The notes below the pieces were generated by a model, which saw nothing but the letters and a program-made list of their open reading frames with translations, was not told where the DNA came from and did no database searches. 64,000 bases of DNA from assembly GCA_951406725.2 (NCBI GenBank), contig OX597814.1, forward strand, positions 90,706,001-90,770,000, in the 5' to 3' direction. This DNA is from Octopus vulgaris (taxonomy: Eukaryota). This document shows positions 44,931-59,735 of the stretch, piece by piece. Both the position numbers and the translations under genes were made by a program. Numbering within the stretch: the first letter of the stretch is position 1; each line of letters opens with the position of its first letter.

Positions 44931-47698
44931 AATCATGATTTCCTGTTATTAAAAATATCGTTATTCTTACAACAATCACACCGTATGAAATGTGGGTAGA
45001 GGAGGGTTGGTAATTTACATCGATTGGTACTTATCGACCTGCGAATGATGATTGGTGGAATTTGAAATCAGAATATAAAGTCTGATGAAATGTTAAGCAT
45101 TTTGTCTGGCGGGCTTTACGCTTCTGTCAGTTGCAATTAGCGTATGTATTTTTAACATCCAACAATCGGTCGTGGTTAACACTAAATCATATTTTGACTA
45201 TAAATGTTCCCTGCGAAAGAAAACGTGGTATAAAATATCCGCAAGTAGGACATATGCGTTATGTTAATGACATATTTCATGTCTCACTACATAATTTCAT
45301 GATTCACGCTGGTTATTTTTTTAATATTTAACCCTAAAATACTATTTCGGTTGTTTGTGGGAATTACAGATCTAAATAATTTCAGTAAATTTCTCCTCCA
45401 TATCCCTATTGACAATAAATCACTCGCTAGTTGAATTAATCCATGTGAGATCAATAGCCGATAGCATAAAAAAAACATAGTACTTTCAATCGATAACTGT
45501 CACTCGTAGAAATTTCAATGCGTATCATTATCGATATTTGCTATATACATGATAATACATATTCAATAACATTTTTAAATGGATTTCTATACACAGAAAA
45601 AAAATCTCATTGAGATTTGTGAGAGGAATAAAGGACGTTTGATCGATTAACAATGCTAACTTGTACTTATTTTATCGATTTTGGAATGATGAAAAACAAT
45701 GTCGAACACGACATCATTCTGCAAACAATGTACATATTTTGCACTAAATAGTGGAAGGTATTTTTTCGTCGCTGAAACGGTTTTTCCCATACACTAGTCT
45801 ACATCCTAACTAGTTTTCTCATAAGATATGGAGATGTTACTAATATATCTACAATAATCATTTTAAATTTGATTTGTCCATTAGAAAGTTTGAGCATTTT
45901 ACTCAACATAAGTATAATGGCTATTTTAATAATGATTTAGGCAAATAATTCTAACAAAATCGCATATGCTTGTGCAATGGTTGCATTCGGTCGCCATACC
46001 AGCATGGATATTTCATCGTTCTTGCGAAAATTTCGATGCAAAAGATCACTAAGTGAATGCATAATATTTGTCTAATTGTGGGCTTGCCACTTTAGCACTA
46101 ACACACGCGCACACACATATACACGTACATGCATACATCTATGTATGCATGAGTATGCATATTCAAATTAACGTTCGTTAGTCAGTAATGTCATCCACAT
46201 TAAAAGCAATAGTTAATCTGTTAGTATCATAAATATGAAGATCTACATTTTGCGAGAAGAATAGTCATTTATCTCAATGGCTAATATACTAAGTTCATGC
46301 GGAAGTACACTGAAGTCTCAACTTCTCTGATCAGTTCGTATGAGACCGAAATATGTAGGGCAAGAAATTATTAAAATAGTAGTATTCGTTGCAAAAATGC
46401 CTTATTCAATGCACAGTTTTAATTAGATTGGTAACGCTCAGATGTAATACGTTAACAATAGTGAAAATAGAAGATTTTTATCGTAAATACTAATGTCAGT
46501 AATATTAATTTGTTTCATACACAGTAAGCAAAACACAAGTAAACTTCAATCGTACGCTTAAAAGAAAGATAATATAAGTATTTTTAATTTTCACTCGATT
46601 CAGGTACGAGATATTTCATTGAGAACAAATTCGAGTTTTAATCGTCTTGAGTTGCGTTAATCGAAAGTAGGAACGTGCTAACAGTTTCACTTTACTTTGT
46701 TCTGCGATTCAATTTCGTAAGAATTTTGGATGCAATGGAATGCACTACTTCATTATAGCCTACGTTGCGACGGGTAAAATAACCAAGAGAAATAAATAGC
46801 TCAGACATATCACAGTGCCCTTTACAGAAATGCTAACCGTGAGGACTTTGATGCCGTCAGATATCAAACAAATAACATAAAGCAAAATATTATAATAAAG
46901 TGAAATATTAATTAACTACACTAAATATGTTCATATTTTCAAGTACACAAACAATTTTCAAATAGTGTGTTGTCCAATTATTCACTAAAATTCTATTATA
47001 CAACATCGAATATAAAACATATATCCATATAATACTGCAGTCACAAACTAAATCATATACAGCATAATCTAATCCAGAATGAGACAAATACAAAGCTGTT
47101 GCCAGGCGAGCACAGCATCGATGCTTATATATGAATGTTTCTAGTTTGAATCATTTTGTGTTATATAAAGCAAAACATTTCAATGCTTCTTTGTATATGA
47201 TGTGTATAGGTAACCCGATATGTCTTTTATCATAGTGAAGCTAAACAGGACAGCATATAAATATTTACGTATTACGTGAAAACGACCTTATGGTAAAATC
47301 TATCTCCCAGCGGATTTAGAAAGAATGGTATCACTTTACAAAATGTAATCCAAACACATATATGATTATTCACCGAATTCAAAGCTAAATCGCTAACATT
47401 AACAATCTTGTGTATTGCAATCAGAATATCTATATAATTTAATCCTCTCAATTAATATTTTCAATCCATTTAGTATCATCTCTCTGACAATTGCAGTTGC
47501 CTGTAGAACCGTTTAATTACATATTCTTAATATCGCTCAACTTACTTACATATGGCAAATAAGCGAACAAACAGTATGTGCATACATAAATACGTAACAT
47601 ATACATACATACTTGCACACATAACATACACGCGTGTATATACTGAAAAAGAGATGGAATGATAGGTAGGGTGATAGATGCTACACGTTTCTATATAT

Positions 47699-47747
<49 letters not shown>

Positions 47748-48611
47748 TGTGTGTGTGTGTGTGTATTCTCTTCTAAATATATTTGTAAATAAATAAAACT
47801 TTCTAGAAAAGATATGTTTCATATTAGACAGTTTCTTAAAATAAAACATCTTGCATTTTCGCCTCACTTCTATATAATCATAGGGATATTTATTCCAAAT
47901 ACATTCTTTATTAAAATCTTGATTAATAAATATTAGATAGCATCATCATTGACTCAGATATATCGAATTAGAAATTGGAACATTAAAGCAGGTATCAAAA
48001 ATAAATTCGTAAAACATACAAATTGAATTTGAGACAATGTTATTAATAATTTCCTTATCTCACCTTATAGTTTCAAATGTGAGCAGTTCGGCTTGCTAAA
48101 TGACAAAATGGAAATTATTTTTACAAGCATACATATTCTGGCGTTCAAGTATGAATATTTTTCTATCAGGTACAACATAAAAAGGATCTGAGTCATGGCA
48201 AAAATGCTAAACTCTGGTATAATTACTATCACTACACGTAAAAATTCTACATTTATTTTCTAAATTGTAATATGGGTGGAAGTTTATTGAAATCTTTACG
48301 ATTTATTCTATTGTCTTTATTGTAAATATATCGATATATAATCATACTCACAACCTTATAAAAGAAATCATTGTTATTTATTTATTTAGCATTTAGACAC
48401 AGGAACGTTGACATCAAGTTTCGCGAGGCGAACTTTCAAATATGCCTTATTCCATTTACTAAATACTTTACTCAATTTCAAAGACAGGAGAGAGATGGAA
48501 AATGAGAGAGGAGACAGAGAGAGATAAGCATTTCGATGTCACACATTGTATATTCACTGAAAATCAGTCGTACCCAGATTTTTCTTTCTGACTCTGTATG
48601 TTTTTCGACCT

Positions 48612-48900
48612 CCCTGTCTGCCTGTCTGTTTGCGTGTCTGTCGGCCTGTCTGTCTGTCTTTCTGTCTGCCTACCTGTCTGACAGCTTACCTGTTTGTCTG
48701 TCTGTGTGCCTACCTGCCTGCCTTCCTGTCTGTGGGCCTGTCATGTGTCTGCCTGACTATCGGCCTACTTGTATCTTTCTATCTGCTTACCTCTGCATGT
48801 CTGTATGTCTGCCCGTTTTCTACTTACCTGCCTATCTGTTTGTCTGTCAGCCGACTTTTCTGTCTGTTTACTTGTCGGCTTGCCTGTCTGTCTGTCCGGC
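48612..48900. repeat. Degenerate (CTGT/CTGC/CTAC)n tetranucleotide repeat
   Basis: Directly visible; explains the LSVC-rich ORFs at 48536-48985. Confidence 0.85.
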
Positions 48901-50544
48901 TGCATGCCTCTCTATGATTCTCACTTTCTTTCACTTACTACTTCGATCTAGCATGATCACTAAATATTTTACACCTCCACCTTAACGTTTTAATATAAAC
49001 ATTAAGACCCACGCTACAACCAGAATCTACCGTTATCATTTCTTATTTTATTTAACTTTCTATCTCTCTCACCGCATTTTTATTACTTCTTTCTCTTTTC
49101 CATCCTTATGTTACCATCATCACCTCTGTATCTGTCACAACCAGTACTGTTTTCTTGCGTTTTACTATTTGAGATTATTCCTTGTAGCGCCAATTATAAG
49201 GTATGTAGAAACGTACTTGTATTAATATATAAATAGGCTAGGCTCGTAAATGGAAAATAAAGGGAGTTGAATGTTTTCTTTTCTGAAGGAATCAACTGTG
49301 AGTAATTTCAACGTTAAGCAATATTAGACATTCTGATTATCAACTTCAGAAAACAACAAAAACTGCCATGCATGGACCTGTTTAATTTGTTTTCTTAAAG
49401 TAATAAACCAGTGGCATTAATATTTCATTTAATTGATGAAAACACGTATTTTGCATGCAGCGGTATATATTTATTGAATAAAGTTTCTCGTATAAATTTC
49501 TGATCTGATATATGAAAACATATATATCATGTTTAAAAAATTATATAAAAACTTATATAATTAAGATATATTTGTTTATTTCCACATATATAGGAGAATT
49601 TATCCGACCAGCAATATAGAAATAGCCCTATTATATGTTCCGAATAGAAGCAATTTTATAGCAATGAAATATTTAATGGAGTGAAATTTTATCTTAGTTT
49701 CGATAACATAAATCAATAAACGATCCGCAATTATACATAAATCAATATCACTGCGTGACAGGATATAAATTTGTTTAAATTATGACACCAAACATTCAAG
49801 ACATCAGACCAGAGCAATGTCGGGTTTCATATATTCATTCTAGCTTTCACTGAGTTTTTCCGATAGATATTGCTTTGAATATAGTTTTTATACCCGAAGC
49901 AAAATGGCCAAAAATGTTTATATATTCAAAACCCAACATGCAATAGTAGTCCAAATAGCATTGTAAAATGTTTCTTTATCCATGTTATATGTTGGTGAAA
50001 TATCTATACTTTTAATTTTTACTTGTTTCTATTATTGGATTTCGGTCATGCTGAGGCATCGCCAAAAAGAGTTCAGTGAAACAAATCGAGCCCTGTATTT
50101 ATTGTTTAACTTTGCTAATTATTTTATTAGTCCCTTTTACCAAATGGCTAAGCATATTGTTAAGTCCCTGTTGACGAATTGGAAAGTGCAAACCTGTTCA
50201 GATTGAATAACTGTACCATCGTCTGGAGGCTACTATCCTATCTTTTCAGCCTTATATTTCATGATCTAAGGGGAAATAATTCGAAGCCCCACATCTTTCC
50301 TACTTTCTATATTATTTTTCGCTCTTCGATTTTCCACCTCTTATATCTGCTTCTTTCTTCCCTTTTCTCGATTTTCTCTCATCCTATCGTCCCATTTTAG
50401 TTTGTTATACCATGTGGGCAGTGCCAGATGAACGTGATAGGACACCAGATGTGTCATTAACACTGTCTGGCATGCACTCAGCACATGAAACTAATAGTAG
50501 CTCATCAAAACTTATATTATGTTTATTTAATGATAATGAAACTA

Positions 50545-50820
50545 CGAATAGAGGTAACTCGAATGTGGCGCCTAAAACGGAACAATTCCTATCATGTTAG
50601 GCGCATTAGGTAGGATAAAAAATAATCAGACAACTACAAAACAAAAACACCAGGACTTACAAGTATATATAACATACAAAAAATAGCGCTACTAGGCACC
50701 GCACACGTGCTACGTAAAACACATTCAATACAGTGTACCACAACAAATCACAGCAGATACCCAAGGCACAGAGAGTTGCGCTCGATAGTGCAGTGAAAGC
50801 ACGTGATATAAATAAGACTG

Positions 50821-50824
<4 letters not shown>
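50545..50824 (+). mobile_element. R4/Dong family D 3' end followed by (TAA)n
   Basis: Homologous to 30810-31380 without the SINE; TAA array about 50824-50980. Confidence 0.8.
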
Positions 50825-50888
<64 letters not shown>

Positions 50889-50907
50889 TAATAAAAACAA
50901 TAATAAT

Positions 50908-50965
<58 letters not shown>

Positions 50966-52079
50966 GATAAGAATAATAACAACATGCATATATGCAGCGA
51001 CCTTGTATACAATTTCCCTCTCTCAATTTCACCCACATTAGCAGTCGTCGCCTGCGCAGTGAAACTAGGCAACCTGATTGCAAAGCGAGCTTCTTAATGA
51101 GACCTATTTACACGAGTGTATTTTTCTTTTTGTATATATGTGTGTGTGTGTTTGTTATATGAATTTGTTACTAATTTTTCTTCAACATGAATTATTTTAT
51201 CAGCGTCAAGTACTATTATTTTTGAATGAGTAGCATATAACGGGAAGGTGCGTTGTTTCAATGCCTGTAGTCCTTTTAGACAATTCTAAGCTTTAATCTT
51301 ACAATCTATATTGTATTTTATTCTCATAGAAATCTACATACCGATGTGGTATTTTGACAAATGAAAGCCTATTATTTGGAGTGTCTTTAACATCTTTCTA
51401 TATTCGAGAATACTGGTAGCAACACAAACACAAGTAAACAGCTTGAACAATATACTTCTAAATATTTAATGCAAAATTAATAATAGATATCTTTTATCTC
51501 TTGTCATAGTGGAAATCTTATAATATTCCCTAATGTCTACTAAAGGGCAAAATTCTAAATTTGATCACAGTAGAAAGTAGAATCTAACCTCTTACGATGC
51601 TAATAATTTTGGAAAATACTAAACAACTGTGGCTTAGAGTGTATCAGTCATATTGAAGAAGATGGCATAGATGTGCTACCGTCTTACAATTACGCATTTA
51701 ATTATTTCAAAAACTGGGTAGTGATCTGAATGTAATTAATAAAAAATGATATAATACACTCTTTCTCCTATGACATCTCAGTAGCCAAATCAACGTTCAC
51801 AATTCTACAGTAAAATATGATAATATTTACGATCGATACATTCCCTATTTATGTGTTTGCTGTTGTAGAGAAATCTTTAAAAAATATACAGTCGGAATGT
51901 AAGCGAATAATTTGCGAAATATTTCTCAATACTACATAAATCTAATAGGTTTTCCCGCAAACAGTAGCCTTACAAGTGAACAATAGCGATTTCGAAAAAC
52001 ATTCGAATAAGCTTTTGTGAACAAAGGTACATATGAACTCAGATATTGTACGTCATTTGTACAAGACCAGTATTTTCAG

Positions 52080-52118
52080 GAAGTGAACTCTATTGAATTG
52101 CATACCGCTGCATGGCAG
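52080..52118 (+). CDS. Candidate 39-nt exon (EVNSIELHTAAWQ, or a start exon ATG GCA G)
   Basis: TTTTCAG acceptor at 52079, consensus donor CAG|GTAAGT at 52119, frame-preserving length. Confidence 0.3.
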
Positions 52119-52388
52119 GTAAGTGTGTTATTGATCTAAGTGTGATAAAAATAGAAAGTGGAACCGGATGATATTTGCACACGGAATATAATGGAAGCAA
52201 ACAAACTCAGAAATAATGTTATTAGGAATCAAATTACATAATGTTTTTTTTTAATGCTTAACATGATTAAAGAATGTTCAGTGGCAACCTTGGGACACGA
52301 TGGGACACCGAATACGATGTGCTTACATACGAGTATTGAGATATATATATACACATATTCATACGTACATATACATACATACACACAC

Positions 52389-52444
<56 letters not shown>

Positions 52445-52446
52445 TT

Positions 52447-52489
<43 letters not shown>

Positions 52490-52986
52490 TAAAATGAAGA
52501 AGCGTAAGCAAATATTTTAGGAGTATCATGAACACTAATGGATTCATTCAGATACTTTAGAAGCAAGTATTCCGTTTTTGTGAAATTATTCATTTATGTT
52601 TTCGCTTCATATGAACTAGAATGTAGGATTCGATTTTGTCAATATATTTCTATTATGAAATTCGTGTCAGTGGAACAGTTTTTGAGGAGAGAGTAGAAAT
52701 AGGGAAAATTATTAATTTTAAAAAAGTGTTTTAAGCCACTGTAATATTTTTTTTTATACGCAACCATTTAATAATCTACATCTTGACATTTATAATACTT
52801 CAAAAAAATTGATACTTTTATCATAAAAACAAAATTGAAAATAACGTAAGTTCATTTTTTTCATGAATCATTGAACATTTTAAATTATAATCAAGATTCA
52901 TATATTTGTATATTTGTTTATATATTCGTGCGTGTGTGTGTGTACGTTAGTGTGGGTATGTATGTATGTATGCGCCTTTGTATGTA

Positions 52987-53029
<43 letters not shown>

Positions 53030-53665
53030 ATATATACACATACATTGACATATATAAATATGTATACATTACATATATATATATATTTATGTATTTATGT
53101 ATATATATAATATACACACATACATACTACTATACATAACATACACGTACACTAACACATACATAAGCACACACCCTCACACACACACATATATATTTAT
53201 ATATATATATTAGGAAGAGATGTCTATGAACATATAAACATATATAATTCTTGTTCTATTGACAATAAAATTATGTGTGTTAACACGCTAATCATGAATC
53301 CTCGTGGTTTAATTAAAACTGTAATTGTTATCTGCTTAATCTTATTAATCGTATCACATTTTATTTTTCTAATTTCACTATTTCGTGATACTTGGCAAAT
53401 ATTGATATGATAACTACCCGTCACGCCGGCACGCTACCTTTATAATCGTTGTATTAGTAAATTATAACATTCAATGTTGAAAATCATGGCGTGTACTTTG
53501 ATTGCTTGTTACATTTTCCTATGTGTTTCTGCTATATGTGGAAGCAACTCTCTTTCACGAAATATTTTGAACGAAAATGCTGATATCGCACATTCCCACT
53601 CCCCCATCACATACCCACACATACATACGCGCGCATACACGCACATACACGTGAAATAAATGTTT

Positions 53666-54110
53666 AGACGCAGGCGTGGCTTTGTGGTAAATACTTTGCT
53701 TCCTAAGCACACGGCTTCGGGTTCAGTTCCACTGTGTAGCACCTTGGGGAATTGTTTCTATTATAGCCTCGGCCCGACCACAGTCTTGAGAGTGAATTTG
53801 TTAGATGGAAACCGAAAGAAGCCCCTCCCATATATATATATAGACATATATATATATATATATAGACATATATATATATATGTATATCTGCGTGTGTGTC
53901 CTTATGTCTGAGTTTGTTCCCCCACAAACGCTTGACAACCGATGTCGGTGTGTTCGTACACGTAACCTAGCTGCTCGGCAAAAGAGACCACTATAATAAG
54001 TACCAGGCTTTAAAAAAACATATATTTACTGGGTCCGGTCCATTTAACTAAAAACTCAAGGCAGTGCCTCAGCATGGCCGCAGTCTAAACACTGAAACTA
54101 GTAAAAGAAT
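53666..54110 (+). mobile_element. SINE family A copy
   Basis: AGACGCAGGCGTGGCTTTGTGGTAA..GGGTTCAGTTCC..CAGCATGGCCGCAGT..CTGAAACTAGTAAAAG. Confidence 0.85.
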
Positions 54111-55019
54111 ATACAGATAAAAGATTAGTTACAAACTATTTAAATGCATTATTTCTGAAGTGATTTTCATACAGACTCGGAGAAGAGAAACATGTACGGA
54201 AATGGTGGATGCCATTAAGAAACGTATTATGGAAATATAAAAAAAAGAAAACATGCTTCGAAACCTACATATTATAGCCGCCAATGATTTAGATTTATCG
54301 TAACTCAAATGCATTCCAGCTATGCTATTGCATATATTTAGGCTTCGGATGTTACAATGGTGTAGAAGATGTGATAATGAAATAGAATATGAGTGCAATT
54401 TTACTCCTAATTAGACAAGCGAAGCAAATAAAGCTTTCTTATTTTGGCTATTAACAGTAGCATTGATAAAACGCAAAACTTGAAAATTTGGAAACTAATA
54501 TGCAGAACAAATATATGAATTATAAATGAAATATACGTGTATATATGTGTATGTGTGTGTGTGTGTGTCTGTGTCTTTGTCTGCGTGTGTGTCTGTGTAT
54601 GTTTGCGCGCGAAATCCTTTTGTGTTGTGAAATGCATTCTGGATCATTTTAGAACATAACTCCTGCAATGCTAACTCATTGTGTTCTTGAAGTAGTGCTC
54701 TAATCTGAGGATGGAGGTTGAAAAAACGATTGCAGCCTAAATGAAGAAAAGCTGTCGTGGACAGATAAGTGGGATCCACTTATTTAATACTTAAAAAAAT
54801 ATAAATGTCATAAAGCGATACGCAATTACAAATGTGTACACTTACAACACATATTCAACATAAAAAAACACAAATAAAATTGATTTTTAAAAAAAATGTC
54901 CGATATATATATATATATATTTACAATTTAATAATGGGATAAAATCTTCATAAGAATTTATAAAGTAGCGTAAAAAACCTCATAAGAGAAAAAATTCATC
55001 AATTTTTTCACTTAAATAC

Positions 55020-55168
55020 ATTTATATTATATAGAGGGCATTATTACACATAAATGCCGCACTCTAGGAGGGACGCTTAATTCAAAACTACTAAAATATT
55101 TTAGTAGTTTTGACTTTTAGAGTCGCTCCTAGCGTGTGGCATTTATGTGTAATAATGCCCTCTATATA

Positions 55169-55176
<8 letters not shown>
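55020..55176. repeat. 157-bp loopless palindrome (foldback / MITE-like)
   Basis: Arms TTTATATTATATAGAGGGCATTATTACACATAAATGCC and its reverse complement; perfect centre CAAAACTACTAAAAT|ATTTTAGTAGTTTTG. Confidence 0.9.
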
Positions 55177-55229
<53 letters not shown>

Positions 55230-55239
55230 TATATATATG

Positions 55240-55565
55240 TGAGTACTGTGTCGGTTACGACGACGAAGTTCTCAGCTGATACGATCAACGGAACAGCTTG
55301 CTCGTGAAATTAACGTGCAAGAGGCTGAGCACTCCACAGACACGTGTACCCCTAACGTAGTTCTCAGGGAGACTAGCGTGACACAGAGTGTGACAGAGCT
55401 GGACCTTTGAAATACAAGTACTACTCATTTTTGCCAGCTGAGTGAAATGGACCAACGTGAAATAAAGTATTGTACTCAAGGAACAACGCGTTGCCGGGAA
55501 TTAAACTCACGACCTTACACTTGTGAGCCGATTGCCCTAACCACTAAAATCACTAAGCGACACAC
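55240..55565 (-). mobile_element. tRNA-derived SINE family D
   Basis: Minus-strand head TAGTGGTTAGGGCAATCGGCTCAC..GAGTTTAATTCCC, followed by a CORE-like segment TCCTTGAGTACAATACTTTATTTCAC. Confidence 0.75.
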
Positions 55566-55579
55566 CTTCGCTATATATA

Positions 55580-55957
55580 TTCTTTTCCTTGTATTTTTTT
55601 AATTGCTTCTGTCATTTGACTGCGGCCATGCTGTAGCACCGCCTTTAGTTGAATAAATCGACCCCAGGACTTATTCTTTGTAAGCCTAGTACTTGTTCTA
55701 TTGGTCTCTTTATGCCGAACCGCTAAATTACGGGAACGTAAACACACCAGCATCGGTTGTCAAGCGATGGTGGAGGGACAAACACAGACACACAAACATA
55801 TACACACACATACATATATATATATACATATATACGACGGGCTTCTTTCATTTTCCGCCTACCAAATCCACTCACAAGGCTTTGGTCGGCCCGAGGCTAT
55901 AGTAGAAGATACTTGCCCAAGGTGCTACGCAGTAGAACTGAACACGGAACCTTGTGG
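55580..55957 (-). mobile_element. SINE family A copy, head truncated
   Basis: High similarity to 42836-43200. Confidence 0.85.
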
Positions 55958-55974
55958 TTTATATACATCTTACG

Positions 55975-56250
55975 TCCAATCACATACTTCTATTGCGACG
56001 ATTGGTAACCGTTGCAATTGCAACCCTTCTATGCCACTTGTGCAGTATCTTCAGGGTCTTTACTTGATATCCTTCGATTTGGCCGTTTAAAGATTTTTCT
56101 TTTATCCACTCTGCGTTGTGGAATATAGAGCCCTCTAATTTAATGGACAGCTCTGCAATGCAGGTGCTCAATTTGGAGACCGTTGTGTCTTCTAATTCCA
56201 AAATGAAAATTGTCCATATACTTGCATTTACCGAAAATATTGTATCAGAG
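55975..56250 (-). mobile_element. Possible RTE-clade LINE 3' relic
   Basis: KEKSLNGQIEG..W..RRVA resembles the C-terminus of RTE ORFs; weak. Confidence 0.3.
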
Positions 56251-56354
56251 ATTAAGGATGGTGGAATGAACGTGCGATCTTTCAGCTATGCTAGATTCAA
56301 TCATTTCGCCACAGTACTGAAATCCAAATCCGAAATGATATATATCTATACACA

Positions 56355-56443
<89 letters not shown>

Positions 56444-57399
56444 TCGTACGTACACACGCTCTCACATGCGCATACGTAAGCACGCACACACTCACTCACA
56501 TATATACATATATGAGGAGAGAAATAACGATTCATTAAGTATTGTAAAATATGGTAATATATATCTAATGCATTTATATGTGTCTTGAGAATACACGCGT
56601 ATTTTGTGATTTTAGTACATTTCATCATCTGAAAATTATGCTGCTAGAAATTATTCGAAACTGTCCTGTGGGAAAGTTCCAGTTTAATCGAGTTCCTGCA
56701 TACACTTTTTTTTTCAATCGTGAACATTCTAGAATACCCAAATTCATGTATCCTGGAGCTGCAGTAATTTTCCACTTTGCTACACACGTGCAGATACTAA
56801 GCTAATAATGCTATTTCCATCTGCCTGCATTCACTTATCAAATTATGCAAAGTCTAATAGTTTTATGAGCAAATATCATGGCTGATATATATTCAAAAGG
56901 CACACGATGCTGTTTATAATTTTAGTTCTGATAGTAGAAACAAAACAAATGAAAATCAAAGTCAACGCAGATAATTTTTTCGCAAATGATAGTGTGGCTT
57001 ACAGTGCGTTACTTAGCCATGCTTTTTAATTGAACTGAAGTAATTTGTTTTTAACTATTACAATTATAGGTATTTATACTCCGGTGAAATTAAGACACCT
57101 TCAACCCATCAGTGTACACATACACACAACCCAATGACACCTTCAAACCCATCAGTGTACACACACACACATACACACACATACGCAAACAAACACATAT
57201 ACAAACACACACACAGACACACACACAGTCGCTTATCTATGTATATATTTACATATGTATGTACCCACACGTGTCTATGCGCATAGGTACACCATGATCT
57301 ATACGCACGTAGACGAGGTTTGATTCATATGAATGTGAACAAAATGATATGACCATTTGGTTATCGGGAAATTTAAAAGTTCGATTTTAAAAAATAACC

Positions 57400-57587
57400 T
57401 TTCGTTTTCTTTTAAAGATAATTAAACCTAATGTTCATCATTTCGAGCCTCTCACCCAATGAGTATTTCTGCCAAATGTGGTGACAATCTGTTCAGCCGT
57501 TTTCCAGTAATTTTGCAAAGACGCAGACAAACAGACAAAGACGAGTGCTTACAATACACTGCTTTCGCTTACGCGCGCAGGGTAATA
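57400..57587 (+). mobile_element. Helentron-associated non-autonomous element (DINE-1/HINE-like) 3' part
   Basis: GCCAAATGTGGTGACAATCTGTTCAGCCGTTTT, (CAGA)n-like CAGACAAACAGACA, then a terminal GC-rich segment ending GCGCGCAGGGTAA. Confidence 0.5.
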
Positions 57588-58601
57588 GGGAGATGTTCAG
57601 AAAAGTTCAACAAGAAACCCTATTCAATAAATGCCCCCAATAATATAGAGCTATTATTAAATTTAGTTTTCCTAATTCAAAGTAATTATTTTAAAATACA
57701 TATTTTCTGAACGAACACATCTTTCATGCGGTCGTCATGTAGATTAAAATAGAAGAGAATATTTGAGATAAATTATTCTAAAAGTGATTTGTTATAGACT
57801 CTGCTGACACCAGACAATTTATAATTGCTTTTATATAGTATTTAATTTAGATAAATTTTGAAAAAAATCAATTTGAAAATAAAAGAACAGTAAAGTGAGA
57901 TATATACAAAATGACGTCAATGCTTTTCTGAATTGATGTATCAATTCGAGCAAGTATGGACTTTAGAAGTGTTGAAGTAATGAGAGAACATTAATTCTAT
58001 TACTGAGAAAGGTGATAATAATTGACACATTTTATAAAGAATGCAACATAAGATGAATATTATATGGTGTTGTGAAATTTCAAGATTTCTTTGTTAATTC
58101 AAAGAAAACAACGAAAATAAAGCATGGCAAAAGAAAATTTAAAGGAACTTATCCATATCGTTGATACAATAATTGCTTTGATTTTCCTTCCAGCTTTGAA
58201 TTTACTAACCCTTTCCAGTTGAATTTATGATACAGTCATTCACATATGTGTCGTCAGTAATTATTCAGGGTACACAGTTGGTGCCCTTTGTGACACACTA
58301 TAAATAAATATAACACAGGCCCTCGACTAAGTTGAAGGCAGATTTACTTTTGCCTTAATAGCACATATAAAAAAGGAACAATGTTCTAGGAGTGTACGCA
58401 GCACGCGTAATACTGATATGCGTAGCTTAAATACTGAGATTGAAAAGCAGGGCCGAACTATGCCTGCCTAATCTACCAAAAAAATAAAATAGCTTGCGTT
58501 TTCTGCAGAGTAATCATAACTCTATTGAATTAGGTACATATTTTTCCATAAAAGGAAAATGTTGCTATCGATCTATTTTATTCGAAACAGGCACTGCATG
58601 C

Positions 58602-58688
<87 letters not shown>

Positions 58689-58690
58689 TG

Positions 58691-58728
<38 letters not shown>

Positions 58729-58834
58729 TAAATATATATATATACCTTTTTGGGGTCATCGCTGCATTTTGTGCTACTTTGTATAGACTTTGTTTCAGTA
58801 AATGATAATGGCTGACGCTCAGCGTATTCTACAC

Positions 58835-59150
58835 TATCACACATGGCCCTAGTAATATAGGAATGGTTGCTTGAAAATTTTCAAGATCACATAACCCCTA
58901 ACATTTGGCCTCCTTATTCCCCAGAACCTAATCCATTGGACTATTACAGGGGAAGCGTTGTTGAGAGAAAGAGATCAATGAACACGCCCATAACATCAAA
59001 GATTTTTTGAAAGCTACCATAATCAGACTAATGTACAAAATAAACCTGGACCACTTAATTCGAGCATGTAGATGATTTAGATTTCATGTAAAACCAGTCG
59101 TTGAAGCTACTAAGTAAAGATATCTGTTACATATCTGTTTTTTTTTAAGA
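58835..59150 (+). mobile_element. Tc1/mariner-superfamily (maT/DD37D-like) transposase C-terminal relic
   Basis: [39 protein letters not shown] (cf. WPPxSPDLNPLDY). Confidence 0.75.
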
Positions 59151-59188
59151 AAAATAAATCTTATACACGATATATATATATATATGTG

Positions 59189-59255
<67 letters not shown>

Positions 59256-59600
59256 ATATTATACTGTGTCTGGTGAGTCATATTATTTGAATGTCTTATT
59301 ATCTAACACATTCAACGGTTCGATCCCCCCTCATTTATTTATATTTTTTCTTCTAAAATTTTTGTCGCTTAAGCACATTTGTCAAGTGATGTTGACGCTC
59401 TCCGTTACTGGAGGTGTATTCTTTTTTGTTTTTTTGTGCGCATGTGTGTGCGTCAGAGTTCATGTATGCGTGTATGTATGCATGCATGCATGTATGTCTG
59501 CATGTATGCTTGTGTGTGTCTATGCATATATGTATGTATGCGTATGTGTATGTATTGCGCATATTCACATGTTTGTGTATGTGTTTGTTTGTCTCTCTCC

Positions 59601-59635
<35 letters not shown>

Positions 59636-59735
59636 ATATATATAGTAAGGAAAAATTTTTTTTAAAATGCAGAATGCTCAAATGAAAGAAAATTTTAATA
59701 AAATGAGAAATTGATAAAATATATAAATATATATT

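Noticed and set aside
57094-57163. 27-bp direct duplication GACACCTTCAACCCATCAGTGTACACA (similar case at 21209-21263)
   Set aside because: Simple local slippage duplication with no sign of function.
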